A stretch of DNA of 59,964 bases, the filler included, from Sphacelaria rigidula (lineage: Eukaryota), in assembly GCA_964200075.2 (NCBI GenBank). It is 3 parts of 3 records of this genome, joined end to end, with 100 filler letters (N's around TTAATTAATTAA, not from the genome) between each part and the next. Parts side by side here need not be neighbours in the genome. Positions count along the whole stretch, not along the records: positions 1 to 19,934 come from CAXNAA020000586.1; 2 more parts are not named here. One strand, written 5' to 3'. The notes under the pieces were generated by a model. It was given only the letters and a program-made list of their open reading frames with translations. It was not told the DNA's origin and ran no database searches. Made by a program: the position numbers and the translations under genes. Below are positions 1 through 14,400 of the stretch, one piece after another (positions within the stretch are counted from its first letter, which is position 1; each line of letters begins with the position of its first letter).

Positions 1-58
1 AGGTCAATGGTAAGATAACTATGGCATGCATGATCATGAGTATCATGAGTACACCTCT

Positions 59-503
59 CCCCCTCGGTACACGCTCGGAATTTGGTCTCGCGGATTGGGT
101 CAGTACTTCCGCACCGCGTGAACTCTCGTCGCACGAACTCAGAATCACCTACTTTTTGTTTGCTCTCGTACTCCCCTCCTGCTTTCCACAGAGGTTATCA
201 GATACTTCGAAAAAAACACCTAATGCATAGGGAATCGAACCCATCTTCTCTTCATCCTGATGGTGACAGTCGAACCATTACACCACCGGGACGCGCGAAG
301 TGGGATAGCACTCCCGCACCGCGTCAACTCTCGTCACACGAACTCAGAGTCGCCTACGTTTTGGTTGCTAAAGTATTCATGCTTGCAATGGTGGAAATTA
401 GACAATTCGGAGAAAAACACCGACGCATTGGGAATCGAACCCATTTTCTCCCTGTCTTAACAGTGACAGTCGAACCATTTTAGTTTACACTAGCGGGGCG
501 CGG
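59..503 (-). mobile_element. Two tandem copies (200-bp period) of a tRNA-derived SINE-like element
   Basis: The minus strand reads an A-box-like TGGTGTAATGGT (274-285), CTGTCAC, and a B-box GGGTTCGATTCCC (230-242, repeated at 430-442). The body GCACCGCGT.AACTCTCGTC.CACGAACTCAGA is duplicated. A related copy lies at ~28875-29032 on another contig. Confidence 0.65.
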
Positions 504-2631
504 CGACACTAGCGGGGCGCGGCGGCATGTTGCTGTGTAAGCTGGGTAATCCGAGTGCATGATATATCTAGTAAGGGATGTAGACCTTGCAGACACCGAG
601 CCAGGCACGACGTCAGCTGCAAAATGACAGATACATGATCGTGCGCCCAGCAGGTATCCTCTCTGGTATCGTTGGAGAATGCCGATATTTTCCAGTCTTC
701 CCTGGAGGGCGGGACGCTCGTGATCGTTTATCTCTTTCGAGAGGTGAGAGATCGGCTTGTGGCTGTTGCTCCACCGTGTGGATCTCAGGATGGCTCTGTT
801 AACATGCGATCTGGCCAGATATTTCGCGCACCGCAGCGACCGTCGTGGTATAGTGTGTCAGCAGTGCCTTTGAAGGCTTTTCAAGTAGGCAAAGCTTGTC
901 ACACTGCCATATGGTACTGTAACGTTCCACATTTTCGCTCGTGCTGCTGCCTTGCTCAACTCCATTCAAAGTCTCGACAATCCCATGCCCTGTTTGGCAG
1001 GGTATTGCTCGAATGAAGGCGAAATTAGAAGCAGAATGCCGAGCAGGCGTTCGGGTCGTGTCAGTTGGGGTGAGTTCCGCTGTCGGTGATAAAGAACAAG
1101 ATAAGACTCAAGCTATCACGCAATAGATGGGCACACTGTATTCGCAATAGATGGAGTTGGGTTGGAAGCCCAGACAGACGTGAAGTTGTCGGTGTCGTGT
1201 TCTCTATGCCCTCTGCATTGCGTCACGCCTAGGTAGACACGCCATTGCTACCTGCACTGAGGGCATTTTCATCCGTCTGTCTCGAATGTTACTCAGCGTT
1301 TGGGTGCGTATACAACGTGACTTCCCGCAGTTGAATGCGGTAACATTTATTGGTAGTGGCGTTGGTACTTGGATCCAACCGCTCGACAATCACGCTTTGA
1401 ACCGAACGCTATCCGATTGGCGTTTCTGAAGATTTTTGCGAACTATCAAGTTGGAAGTTGTTACCGCTGACTAATTTCTCCACCCAGTACTCCCCGCTTT
1501 TTGACGCGCGCTCACTCTCGCTCGTCCCTTGCGTCTGTTGCTGCCGTCTGTACCTCTAGTTCCAGGTTCGAGGTTGGACGACGGTGTCTACCACAGAAGT
1601 TGGTGCGCTGAAGGTTTACCTGTACAGAATATCAGAATCGAACAGTGTCTAGGGTGTTGCCTTGACAGGGCCGCGTGCAATCACAGCCAAGACTACACGT
1701 TACTTGTGTTCGATGACTGCGGATGTTAAATCTGTACGTTTTCGTTCCTTAGTATCGTCGGCCCTGCATATAGATACACGGCATCGTTGACCTTGTACAC
1801 CGCGTGGCTTCGGTGTCACTGATGATCTTGGATAGGTGACACTGCCTGTTGTTGTATTCGCTGTTGCGAGGTCGAGTCTCAAGTGGCTGAGCGGGAAGCA
1901 TGGGGAAGGAGAGAAACATCATTACAACTCCATTGCAATAACAAGTTAAGGGCAACGAACCTGGACAAAAGCACGCACGCAGGGCTGTCGGAGTGAACCG
2001 GGCCACTTCATAGAGGAGTTTTTCTGTGTGCCTATTTTTGAATGGATGGAATTATGGAGATTGCAGGTTTAGCGTGTACGCATGTGCCGTGGATGGTGAT
2101 CATGAAGAGCTCAGATGACTGTATACGATATAGCACTGCATACGTGTTATGGAGCAGAGAAGACAGAATCGGCAACTGATGACTTGAAGTGCACAGCTAA
2201 GTTGCGTGTGCCCATCCGAGAAGGTGTTCGCCCTTCTCACGAGAGCACTTTCAAAGAGCTAGAATCGTACTCGAAACGTCGTGGTGCCCCAGCCAGGTTT
2301 TTCAAAGCTTCTGCCTAAGCTCGAGCAAAGTCGTCTTATACGACCGTCAAGCTCACCACAAGCTTCGCTGATCGCGATTCTTGTGCTAAGGACACACACG
2401 AAGATATGATTATATGTTCAACATTATGCTCAACATCATAAAGCGCTGTCAACGTGCAATTAAGCACTTGCAGTTGCAGTGCCCACACCAAGCCCCCCAA
2501 CACCCACAAAAAAAGAACGTCATGTAGACCCAGGGTACAAGAAATCCGCTCTGTGTCCTTCCCGTACAAACATGGGGGACAACTCCTGACAATTTGTAAA
2601 TATCTGTGATCACGGCCCGACGCGAAATAGT

Positions 2632-4296
2632 TCATCCGAAGACTAGGCTAGACTTGAACGTGTCCGATACGTGCTTCGATTGTCCACCCCTCCCATCGAT
2701 GTTTTCTGGTCGCAGCGTACTCGCTCCCCCCCACCAGTCAAACCCGTTCCGTTCGTCTTGGCCAGCTCTAGGCAAGAAAGAAGAGCACAGAGATGACGCT
2801 TGACCGTCATACTCCGAACCACCCTCAGACGACTGCAAGATATTCTTCTCATTGTCGGACCCTCCACCTCTTTTTCCTGGGGCGGCAAGTTCACCGCCCG
2901 TAGAACCAGATGCTTCTGCGTCAACGGGTGGGGGACCGCCGTGTCGCTCATTGCTGTAGCCGCAATCGCCGTGCAAACCTTCGAATGTCGAAGAAGCCAG
3001 CTGCGCCAGAGATACAGAATCGAAGGGGCTGCGCCCGTGCAGCCCCTCATCGGCCCCGACGGTGGTTCCTCTTGGAATAACGTTTTGGTCGACCTTGAAC
3101 GTTCCTTCGGGTAGCCAAACTGGCCCTTTTCTGGGAGCTAGCACGGCCCGTGGCCTCCTTACCACAGGGGGAGGCTCGAAATCATTGCTGTCCCTGTTGT
3201 CCTTATGTTCTATGAGGGCGCCAGTCTCGTCCTTGGCCACCTTCAGTCCGCTCCCAAGATTTGACATGAAAATCTGTGTTTGACGAGATAGAAGGGGGAA
3301 TAAGAGGTGATCCTCTGCAGGTACATACTGGTGACGACAGACGGGAGTTCAGGGATTTTCACACGTATTCGTGATGTTGGCGCACGTTGATTAGGGCTAG
3401 GGCTAGGGCTAGGGTTAACCAATCCATATTTTCTATCGGAACAGACTCGACTCATAGTAGGGTCACTGCTGGCGGCGGAAGTACGATAATTTGGGGAGAC
3501 AGCGCTCCGTAAACCACGTCGCACGATACCTCAGGATCAACCTTCGTATGGCCAGCGTCAGTTGGATGACTACGCGGAGCATTCCTTTCGCACCACTGGG
3601 CAAAGTGTAAGTGTGCTCGATGTGTGCGCGAGAATGCGAAACGACGGCAGTGCAAGAAGCGGAAATTCCAACGATGCTATACTGAAATCAAGCGAACATG
3701 GAAAATTAAGTGCCGTTTTCCACCGCCAAAAATGACCCTCACGGAGAAGATGGAAACGGGTAATACTTACTTGAAAAGGACTGGAAAAGTGCTGGATATA
3801 TAGCTATATGCCTTACAAATAGTAAGTGCTGACTATTCAGGGTTCTTGTAGTAAGACTTGCCTTCGAACCAGGGACATGACGGCGCCCCCCGGGAGTCCA
3901 TGCCGCGCCCTCCGCCAAACGTCCGGCTTTCCCACCTCCAGCCGGCGGCAGCAATTCGACACCGCCACCGCTCCCTGGGGCAGCCTGGTGGCGAGGCTGT
4001 CCAGTCTCTTCCTCCCTACCAAAGGATATCTGAGAGTCGAACGTTCGTGAGAGGTGAGCGGCCCGGAGTTTGCGGTTCTGTTCGCTGGGCCCAGAGGATG
4101 TCTGAGATTGGCTGCTGTTGAGACCTGTTCCGGCGGGTCTGCTTTTGCGTAGGCTGTCATAGGACAGTTCACGATCTTCGTTGGGTTGGAGGTGGAAAAC
4201 AGGCGTCGACTTCTTGTTGTAGCCGCCGTTGCGGGTGTAACTGCGGTCGCTCGGGGTTGTCTTCTCGTCGCAACTGGGGTGATAACCCGCTCCCAT
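2632..4296 (-). CDS. Hypothetical disordered Gly/Ser/Arg-rich protein, probably 2 exons (~4296-3860 and ~3273-2632); start uncertain
   Basis: Two long same-strand ORFs (206 aa and 211 aa). A possible GC donor AAG|GCAAGT (~3859) and a CACAG acceptor (~3274) join in frame as ...GRRHVPGSK|IFMSNLGSGL... No domain recognised. Confidence 0.45.
3391..3416 (+). repeat. Interstitial telomere-like repeat TTAGGG(CTAGGG)3TT
   Basis: Read directly: ttagggctagggctagggctagggtt. Confidence 0.6.
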
Positions 4297-5448
4297 CGAT
4301 GATCCTCTGCCTACACCATCAAGGCTCCGATCACGGTCCTCCTGTTTAGAGCCATCCAAACGTGGTGTGGGATGGATGCGGGGGGGTCGAGGTTGGCGGA
4401 AATAAAAGGTTTATCATTCAAAGATATATATTTCAGACTGACAAGCTGCCCTGCAATATTGCGTGCGTGATGAGGGCTTCCGTTGTACTGCTGACAACCA
4501 TACATACGAGAAACGCCTCGACCGCGGGAGAATGGATCCCACGGATCATAGGGAACGGATTGACGGAGTCAGCGCATACTAGATGCGTTCATGACCGATT
4601 ACTCGAAAAATAACTACAACTATTTCGCGCACGCCTTGCTTAATGGTGAAGCCGCAGCGCTGTCACACTCATTGCCGTTAACCGTTCACCTCTCGAAGAA
4701 CACGTTCGGTGAGTGGTACAATACTACGCTGAAAAACAGGGGTTGCTTGGGTATCACTCAACACGCAGCAAGGCTGACTGCCAGTGCAACACTGCACTGG
4801 TGCGGCGAATGAAGGTCAAGAGTGCGCTTCGTTTCGGCAATAGTACGTCAACATTGTTGAGAAAAGCATCAGTGATTCATGGATCCTGGACCATCGTACC
4901 AGGGGATCTAGTTGTCCACCGGAGGTAGCGTGCTGTGCCGTAGCCCAGTTTTGCCTATCGTTGATGTCCATCATCTCATCGGCAATAGGTCTAGGGCAAT
5001 CAAGTGGGAGGGGGTGGGGTCGTGAGTTAATCAGTCTGAAGCATGTGACGCTCCATGCATGTGGTCGAGCAACAAGCAGGGTACGGTACTGCTGCTGCAG
5101 GTGTCCAGAATACGCACGTAATGAAGTTGGCATACTGCACGTTCGTCGTGGTCCGTTTCGGCGATGACGGGAGAAGTGCCGGTGAGGCACAAGAACGTTT
5201 GTCGGTTGCCTCCATCATGAACACGAGTAACTCATGATGAACTTGACAAACCCACAATGAACATGACAAACCCACAAGGAAACCACAATGGACGTCAAGG
5301 TGAACACATAGGCACTCGGTAAATGAGTGTAAACAGCCGCCCAATGATGAGGACTGGTGGTCGGTAGAGCGAAGTTGCACCTAGGATTGCGATCCACATG
5401 CATGGTCATCAAAATTGTTTGATTCGCTATCTGTGTTATTGAGATTTC

Positions 5449-8400
5449 TCACATGCTCCAGGAGCTCCTCAGCAACCTCTCGAAGTAACCGTCGTCGGGA
5501 ACAGTTGCCGAGACGGTATCGTAGTACCGAATGAAGTCTTGTCTGTCCACTTTACCTCCATTCTAGATGTTGATAGCGGGCAATATAGCGAGGGAATGTG
5601 ACAAAGATAGAGCCACATCACACGTTGTTGCCCCATCAACCCTGGTGTATGTCACTTGTCCCGGTATGTCAAAATAACCCGGCACCGTAGTAGACGAGAA
5701 GCAACAGGTACTTGCCAGTGCGTTGGTGCAAAGTAGATTATCTTGGTGCCTTGTGCACAACATATCAATACTAACGTGTAGGTCAGACTTAGGACGCGAC
5801 ATACGGTAAACACCACTCAGACGCAACCAAAGGAATCAAGCTATATTCTGAAGGACCGACAGAAAATGCGAAGCAACTTTATCCCATATTTTCTGTGAAG
5901 TGAAGATACTTTTTTGAAAGAAGGAAATTGAAGATAACTGAAAGTCTGCAAACGTACAACAATAACATGGAACATGGTGACGATATGTCGCGCGGTCACG
6001 GCGATACTCACCCGCTTTTTCTCCGACAAGCACGCAGTGAACCCACTGAAGAAGTCTCTGAATACCTCATCTGGGGCCAAGCGTCCTCTCACAACTTCAG
6101 GATGCCTCGTTGCGTCGAATGCGTCCATGACCTGAACAACACCAAAATATCAGTTGAATAAAGAGCACGAAGGATGGGGATGCGTTCGCTCAGACCAATC
6201 ACCATGCCACGTGTCGAGCAACCAGGGCGTGAATAGCGTGTGAGGAAAGCTAGGGGAGTATGGCTTGAGTCATCATAGGTTACCTAAGGATCAGCTCACA
6301 AGTCGTGACTTGTCGGACAAGTCACATGGGTCGAATCCGGAGTTGTCGTACGTGTGAGATATACCACGCATAACTTGGATATACGTGAAAAACTTATGTT
6401 TTGGAACAAAAGCACCACGTGTAATGTCAGTGCATGATGATTGAGACACCGTACCCCAACGCCGGCACGGGGGGTCGACATCAAGTGAGACCTTCTCACA
6501 GGGTTACTGTCCCGCCGTTTTTCCCTCGTAGTCATGTAAACTGTACCAAGGAATTCCTTCCCTAGTGCATCGAGCCCGCCGGCAGCGAGGATCGTCAATA
6601 TGTTTGGGCGTGACCCGTGGGGTATCCGTGGGTCACTCATCCATGGGCGACCATCACCACCCATGGATGTCCGTGGGCGCCCTTGCGCTGGTCCGCGAGC
6701 ACTATTAGTACGATTCGCAGGCAATGATATGATGACTCATGGGTAGTCTCCCCGCTCATGGACTGCCATGGGTGTGCGCTGTGGCACATCATCAATAGTG
6801 GGTGCCCGCGAAAACATGTTTACAGATGCCAAAAATATGCAACCCCGCTTTTTTCGTTTTCCGAACAAAATGCTGTTGACCTGTGGGTTACGGCCTCAAG
6901 GTTCCATTTCATTCGAAGGGACAAAGTATGCACTGTTTGAATGCACTTGTTTTCGGATTGTCAGAACAAGCGTTCTTTCTGGTCGTTTAGGGTTGTTCGT
7001 TCCATCGCGATAGTGTGCCAACAAAACACGCCGTTTGGGGAGATGCTGCGCTGCACATCTCGGAGCGAAGAAACCGCACGATTAAATCACCATACACCAT
7101 TTTGGTGGTCGTAAAGCCCTGGGAGTACCCTTTTTGCTGCACTACAATCTTCTTGAGAGTATGGATGGTTTGCTCACTCACAAGTACGCGTCATGTTGCA
7201 AAGTTCCAACTGGGGTTTGCAGGCAAGCGCAGCAAATCTTCAGAAAGGTCGGTAGGGCACATGACTTGTATCCCACCATCATAATGTTACGGAGCCATGT
7301 CTCCTTAGTTTCTGTGAATTAAGCACGCGGTGTGCACATACGTCATTTCTGCAAGCGGTCATGGCTGTTTGTAGTTGGCCGCGGGCGTCCATCTCGCCCG
7401 ATAACGCAGCACCTTGCACAGTGAACGCCAACAACGAGCTTATGTTAGAGCTCGATTAATTTTCTGGTCAGTCACCAAACTCTAATACGCACCAAATCTA
7501 GCTCGAGCTCTCCGTCTCCGGACGTGCTACCGAGCCTTCGCAAAGCCGCGTCTACCACCGCACGACGTCTGTCACTCATGTGACCGCTCAGCCAACCCAC
7601 GAAGGCGTCGGGATCCATTCCTCCTGATCTCCCCATCTTACTCACATATCGCGAGCAGTCGGAGAGCGGAAATTTGCACGCAACTTTCAGATATTGCGAC
7701 GTCTGCAAAGTAATGTGATCCATCGGAGTGTGCACCTCGTTTTAAAAACCGCCCTTAAAGGTTCGATGTCCTACCGGTTTCGATGTGTGTTATGTATCTA
7801 TGTGCCTATGCGTCGGAGAAGACTAATTGGCGAGGGACGCAATCCATGGTCGTGTTGTCGAGGGGAAGATCCAAAAATAAGGTGACACTGTTTGTGAAAG
7901 TCGGGGCAAATGACCGGTGGCTCGAGGCGGGTATACGAAAGAGATATATATTTTCGTGTCACACGATGAGCACAACGCCAAAAGCTGCAGACTTCTTCCC
8001 ACCCAGAAGATATCTACGACACATGCTTATCATGGGGAGTTACATCGGCAACGCTTGGAATTTACTGCAGGAAGCATTGCACGTACTACCCAGTCATGAA
8101 CAGCACGGAGTCACGCATTTGATTCATAGATAGGCTCCTCCTAGAGTAAAACAGAGGGGATACTAGAAAATGATCTAACGTTGGCTGAATAGTTTTATAA
8201 ACTCCTTTACGAAGTGTATTTTCAGGTGCCACATATTTAGGTGTGTCCCACACCTCGAAATGCGTGAAGAGACGACGCGCGTCCGATTCCGTCAATGGCA
8301 GATGAATCTCCTTCAAGGCCCGCCGGAAGTCCACCTCTCCCACACCAAGGCAAGCATGGCCGTCGCGACCAACATTCCGCTCGCTTATCTCCCGCAGCCT

Positions 8401-11400
8401 TCGGGCGAGGGTAGCTGTACCCGCCACTCCGCGGGTATTGAGCTCCGACCTCACCTGATTTAAGGACGATAGGTGTAGGTTGCTGTTAAACCAGCTGGTC
8501 TTATCCACAGGGACACCTTCAACTGCAAATACCGGATGACAACCAGGGGGGGGTCCATTGTTCCCTTCGGTTCACCCAACTTCCGCGATATCGTGGTGCT
8601 TCGATGCCGTGACACTTCACCCAATGTCCCCGCCAAAATTGCGCATTTGTACCGCATCGGGCGCCTCGGCTTCGTACGATTCCTTTCATGTAGATTTTGA
8701 GCGCGAATAAACAAACCTTTTGATTTTACGAAAAGTGAAGGTTTTGTTGATGAATACCGAACCAGCTTCAGGAGCAGCACGTACTTGACTCTTGCCGGTG
8801 TGAAATCAACCGTGTTTGCATACCTTTTCCATGAGATACCGCACGCTCAGATCGGCCTCCCGCCCATACTGCCCGGGCAATCTCCCGCCCTCCCGGCCGG
8901 TAATACGCAGCCGCCTCCGCGCTCGACCGCCCGCCCCACCATGATCGGTTCCTCGTTCACTGCAATCTGATCTTGCAACATCTCCATCAATAGCAACGCC
9001 ATCATCAACAACAGAATAAATTTCTGTTCCCAACACACCGTTGCTCTCATCTTGTGTACGTACTCTGTTGTCGCACCCGGGTGTACAACCAGCTCCCCCG
9101 TGTGCCCTGACATGAGAGCCCTGGTTCTCGTCCTTACTGTCTCCGTCACTGCGTTCTTCGCCGTTTGTGTCGATATGTCCTGGATTCGGGACAGCGGTAG
9201 CTGTCTTTGTGTCGTGGATTTCTGAAAGTGACATCGGCCCCCATGACCATGCAGTACGACGATTAGAGGGGGGAGGGGCGTTGTTTAAGTCGGCAACTCC
9301 GCCTGTCTTGAGCAGCTGCTGCGCGTTGTCATCGCCATGGATATGCGTAACGTCACCCTTGCTGTGGTAGCTCCCATCTAGACCCCAGCAGTTTGTGACT
9401 ATCTGGCGAAATTCTTCATCCTCAGGAACCCCAAAGCTGAGGTTGGCATGATGTTCGATGAACTCTTGCTCCGTTATCTGTTTCGGTAGGATTTGACGCG
9501 AGAACGATGTTTTTACTGGGCGGTCGTCGCATTGCCACCAACACGACCGGTCAAGTAAGCTTTGTGGGTACTATTTTGTATGTGTTTGCAAACAGCGAGC
9601 GCTTAGTGCTTATTTCCGTATATTCTGCGACTAGACCGAACTCTGAGCCAAACCAGCGAAGTGGCTACACTAAAAGTAGCTCCCGTCAGACGACACTAAA
9701 TACAGCCAGCAAGTCTTCATCAACGTTCTTACGGTAATCGCCTGTCATTACCCTGCCATCGCCCGTCTCCGCGCCAGCAAAGAAGGTGTCAAGAAGCTCC
9801 TTATACATTTCTTCTTCCGTGGCATGTGCCTTCAGCACGTGGGGATGCCGTGAGGCATCGAACCTGAGTGTTCAAAGATTGGCGTGTACTACTCAGGAAA
9901 AAGCGTATGGTATCTACTTCAGACGTGTACGGTGAAACAAATGATTTATGGCGCAGCCGTACGTTGTATATATGACGTGGCTTGACGCCTCACCCAGTGA
10001 CGGAATCCAACAGCGTGAGAATGCCCACCACGTGGTATGCACGAGCGTGTTGGTGGCTACACAGCGCAAACGTCGATTGGCCTTCACGAAGTTCGGCACA
10101 CCTCTCTTTCAACGTTCGCGCAGAGATACCCCCGCCGCCCCGACGGTCCATCCTCCTGAAGGCCAGTCGGACCAAGCCCAGCCTCTTCCCGCTCAAAGCA
10201 GGCCTAATCTCCTCAAGCAAAAGCCTCCAAGGGGCGACGCCAATACCATATCCTTGTCCGGCACAGTTTCTTTCCGCCACCATACCTCCAGTCTCGAGAT
10301 GCGTAAAGAGAGCGCGGCTCTCGGCCGGGGTCAGTCCCGCGCACGCCGACTCCAGCGCTGACTTGAATTCTCGTAGAGACAGCAAGCCATCTTCGTCCCT
10401 GGAGTAGTGCACGTAACGGATGTGGGGTAAAGGGTATGTAGAGGCAAGGAACAGGTGTTCTGCTGCAGACTAGAGTTGTGTAGTTCGACTGTTCTTCGCA
10501 ACGCATGAACGAGTCGACCGACAAAGAAACGTACGAGATGTGCCGAACGCGGATGTTTTCGAGGTTTATATTGCGCCGCTGGAGCAAAACGCATGTAGAG
10601 TGGAGCGGTGGTTCGACACAGCGAATGTATGCTCCGATCTCAACTCAGTTTCTGTTTGAGAGCGAGTGGGTGTGCCACAGCTGATGTCGTAATGGTCAGT
10701 GCATTTTCCTTCTTTCCAGCAAACTACAAAGCAGGCACTGTTGTACCTTCACTCGCATGCTCACGCTGAAAGTTGGATGGTCTACCATCCGCGTGACGCT
10801 GAAAGTTGGATGGTCTACCATCCGCGTGACGCTGAAAGTTGGATGGTCTACCATCCGCGTAGACATTCGATCCAACCATCAAACTTCGTATCCAAGGTTT
10901 TGTCTGAATGCTCATGTTCAACTCGAGGTTGTATTACGAAACGTTTTACATGGTCAACGACTATATCTACAGTTCTCCATACCTGTCAGCCTCGTGCAGC
11001 GCCCTCCTGAGACCAGCAAGCCCCCACGTTGCGCCCTGCCCGATTACTTCTACCGACAACTTCTTGAGTATAGCATCAACACCTGCCGCGGGCACCCTTC
11101 CCCTAGCTCTCCGCACAACCGCACCCCCACCTTCATTAGCGACGGTCAGCCCCGCTGCTACAGTACCAGGTAGCACTCCTGCAGGGGCCGACGTTCTAGC
11201 CTTCGTGTACAATCGGCGCGCTAGGGTGGGGTCGAAGTCACCGCCTAGCCGTGCAGAGACATCGCCTGCGGCATGACTGTTGGCAGGGTCGACAGCGGTA
11301 GCAGACTGTGATGAAGGGACGGCAGCTGTGGCAGCTGCAGCGGCGGCCTGTCCTAGCCCCCAGCAGCTCTGAAGTTGTAGGGAGAAGTAGTCGTCGCTTG

Positions 11401-14400
11401 GAGTGGCAGCAGAAACGTCGGCGTAGTACGTTTCGAAGTCCTGTTGCCGGAGATGTAAGCGCCACGTTGAGCGGTACAGGTATTGATCGAGAGAGGCAAC
11501 GGAGAGGGAGGTAGGGACTAGCCTAGACAGGGTGCGTGTTGTGATGAGAGACAATAACCGGTCGCTTGGTGTGAGTTTGACACGAAAAACCACGCCCGCA
11601 GTTTCTAAGTCCCCCTTTCACGTGCGTTGCACGCGCACGTCCACGAGGCGAAGTGTCTCTCGCTACTCCTCAATGAAATAGAACGTGATTTGTAACATGT
11701 GAACAACTTGGCACAAGAACATTCCTTGCAACGCCATACCGCATTTCTGAAGTTTGGGTAACCTACCTTGCGCGTGACGACACCCATGGTGGTGGTCATA
11801 GCATCCAGAAACTCCTTGCACACATCCTGCGTCATTGAAGCAGTAGGTACCAGCCCACAAACACCCATGTCAAAGGGCTGACGACGCTTACGTGAGTTTC
11901 ACGAATTTGAACGCTGACTCATTATGGAGGTTCCACAATGGTTGAGGAAACTCACGCCGGTGCGTGTGAATTTGTCGGGAGAGGCAATAATCTGATCATG
12001 TTTTACCTTCACGTCGTTCGCCTTTAAGAAGGTCATCGTGCAGTAGTGTGCACGAGAGGATGGCCCCTAGTTGTGCTACAAGGTCGACGTTTAGAACAAC
12101 AGCTCTCCCTGTTCTCTGTCTTCCATTCGACTTTGAGGTAATATCATGATATATATGGGGTGGATATATGTGGATTATATGGGGCGGAGGAATGTGCAAC
12201 TTTCACTTTGTACTGTCTTTGCCTCGTCGCTCTCGCGTCTCACAATTTCGGGTTGAGGTACATGTCCAAACGATGGTTTTGGAGAAGGTACACCATTCCC
12301 GAGTGTTGTACGTCCCACCGCCCGCTCCCGACCATTCGGATGACCCCAAGCAGCATTTGCGCTCGAAACGGCCGAACATGCCATCCTCACCTCGGCGTCC
12401 CGTCGTCCTGCCATCACTTCCGGGTGAGCCGCTGAATTAAATGCCTTAGCCACGTCGGAGGCGACGGCCTCGCCCATGCTGTTTCCCTTTCCTGAGCGTT
12501 CCAACCTCGAGAACGCTGCTCTGACGAGAAGGAGTCTTTTACCATGCAGTTGGCCGCGAACCGCGTCAGTCACTGTGTCTGTGGGAACCTGGACGTTTTT
12601 TGGCGGGTAAACAGTCGTTGAATTTTCCGCAAAGTACATCTCTGTCAAACAACAGGACCACCTCTGCAAACCCAAGTTGCCGATGTCATCATCACGTAGG
12701 AGAACCATGTTCGCTCAAACAGTGCCTGGGGGTATGAGGGCACCTCGAGAGTACATGGAGAGGACCTTAGACCGTTACGCGGAGAACAGGTGGTCGTTTA
12801 GTGACGGTTTCTATAACGCACCTCGCCGTGACCTGCAGAGTCGAGTTGCTGGAAAACACTTGTTGCGTCCTTCCCTGTCAATCCGCAATCAACACCAGAC
12901 AGGGCTTCCTTAAACTTTGCCAGAGTCAGAAACAACCCGCCGTTGCCGGATGTGTTACCACCGCTGTGCTTCGAGCCGTGATTGGACCCGCGGCTGTTGT
13001 CGATGTCGGCGGCGACAGTGGCAGCGGCAGCGGGGAGTTTATTTGTCGTGGGCGGTCGCACCGAGCTAGCCACACGTAGACGTCGAGACAATGAGAAGAA
13101 ACCTGCGGGGCCGCGAAGTGCCAATTGTTTTCGAGCGCTTATAAGCGCGCTGAGGGTAGGGCGAAGGGTGGGACGGAGTTTGGGGAGAACAGTTCAGGAG
13201 AATAAGCACTTAACACCACAAAGTTTGTGGGAGGATGGAGACCGAGTTGGGGAATAAATGGTCGATACAGTATGGGTACAACAATCATTTATGATACTAC
13301 AAAAGGAGAGGCCCTTGCACGAAGAAGGACAGGGGGATCGCCGACCTACAGCGTTCGAGACTCAACATATACGAGCGACGACGGGACAACACGCATCCGC
13401 CAAATCATCACACAGGAAAACTTTGATTGTAGTGCTGTACGCATTCACCTGTATAAAGTCACTGAACGTTAGCTTTCGCACCGTTTCATACTCTTAGCGA
13501 CAGCCGACGTCGCCAAGCCACGCAGTTGTGTCAATCAATCTGTGGCAGAGAGAGTACACAAATCGATGGCAGGCGGCCTCACCCCACCTTAATAATCCCT
13601 GGTCAAGTCCAGAGCACGTGCCGCCGCCCCCATAATCCTGTGTACTGCCGCAATTACCGGCAGGTCCCAGTCGTGCGATTCTCCATTTTTCGGACACATG
13701 GTTACGCCGGGGAACAGCATTCGAATTAGCCATGGTGTCCCCTCCCGTCTCAAGGTGTTCAATAGTAGGACTGCCTGGTGATGGTCTCACGTGCACGGCG
13801 CGTATCCCCCTTGCCGCCAACTGCCGACGGATATCCTTGGCCTGTTTCTCGGAAATAGACGTGCCGTCGCAGTGCTTCTCATCCAGTCGCTCATCCAGTT
13901 GCCGTTCATAGCGCAAAAAGGCATCTTCCACCGACACCGATCCGCCCGAGGACGTAACAATAACTCGAATCGGTCGACCTTCGGATGTTGCACTATTCTT
14001 CCCCTGCGCATTCGCAGTCTCCAACCCTGAACGGTACTCAATACTACTGTGGTCGTTCTTTGAGGCTCCTGGTTGTTCTGAGAGACCCCAGCAACTCCTG
14101 ACGAGGTCTTCGAATTGCTTGTCAGCGGCGGGGGTTGGTAAAGAGGCGGATACCTGCTCCATCCAAGCAAGAAAATCGCCGCGGCTGCATCGCCTGCCTG
14201 CACCATCGGATACTGCAAGAGCGATGGATACAGATTAGATTTCTCTAGATATCCTCGACGGACTTCGCAATTCCGCTGAAGAAAACATCGCTCAAACTCG
14301 TTTTTCCCTTCGCGTCAACGGTGCTTATCTTGACTTCTCTTGACTGAAGCTTTCTCTCACATATGTTCAACCTCAGTTAAGAATACCCCTTGCGGAATGA

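Noticed and set aside
222..296. Functional tRNA-Asp gene
   Set aside because: Stems do not form a cloverleaf, the copies are diverged, and they share a non-tRNA body.
10763..10860. CRISPR-like array (33-bp palindromic repeats)
   Set aside because: No spacers between units, no cas genes, and it lies in a eukaryotic intron.
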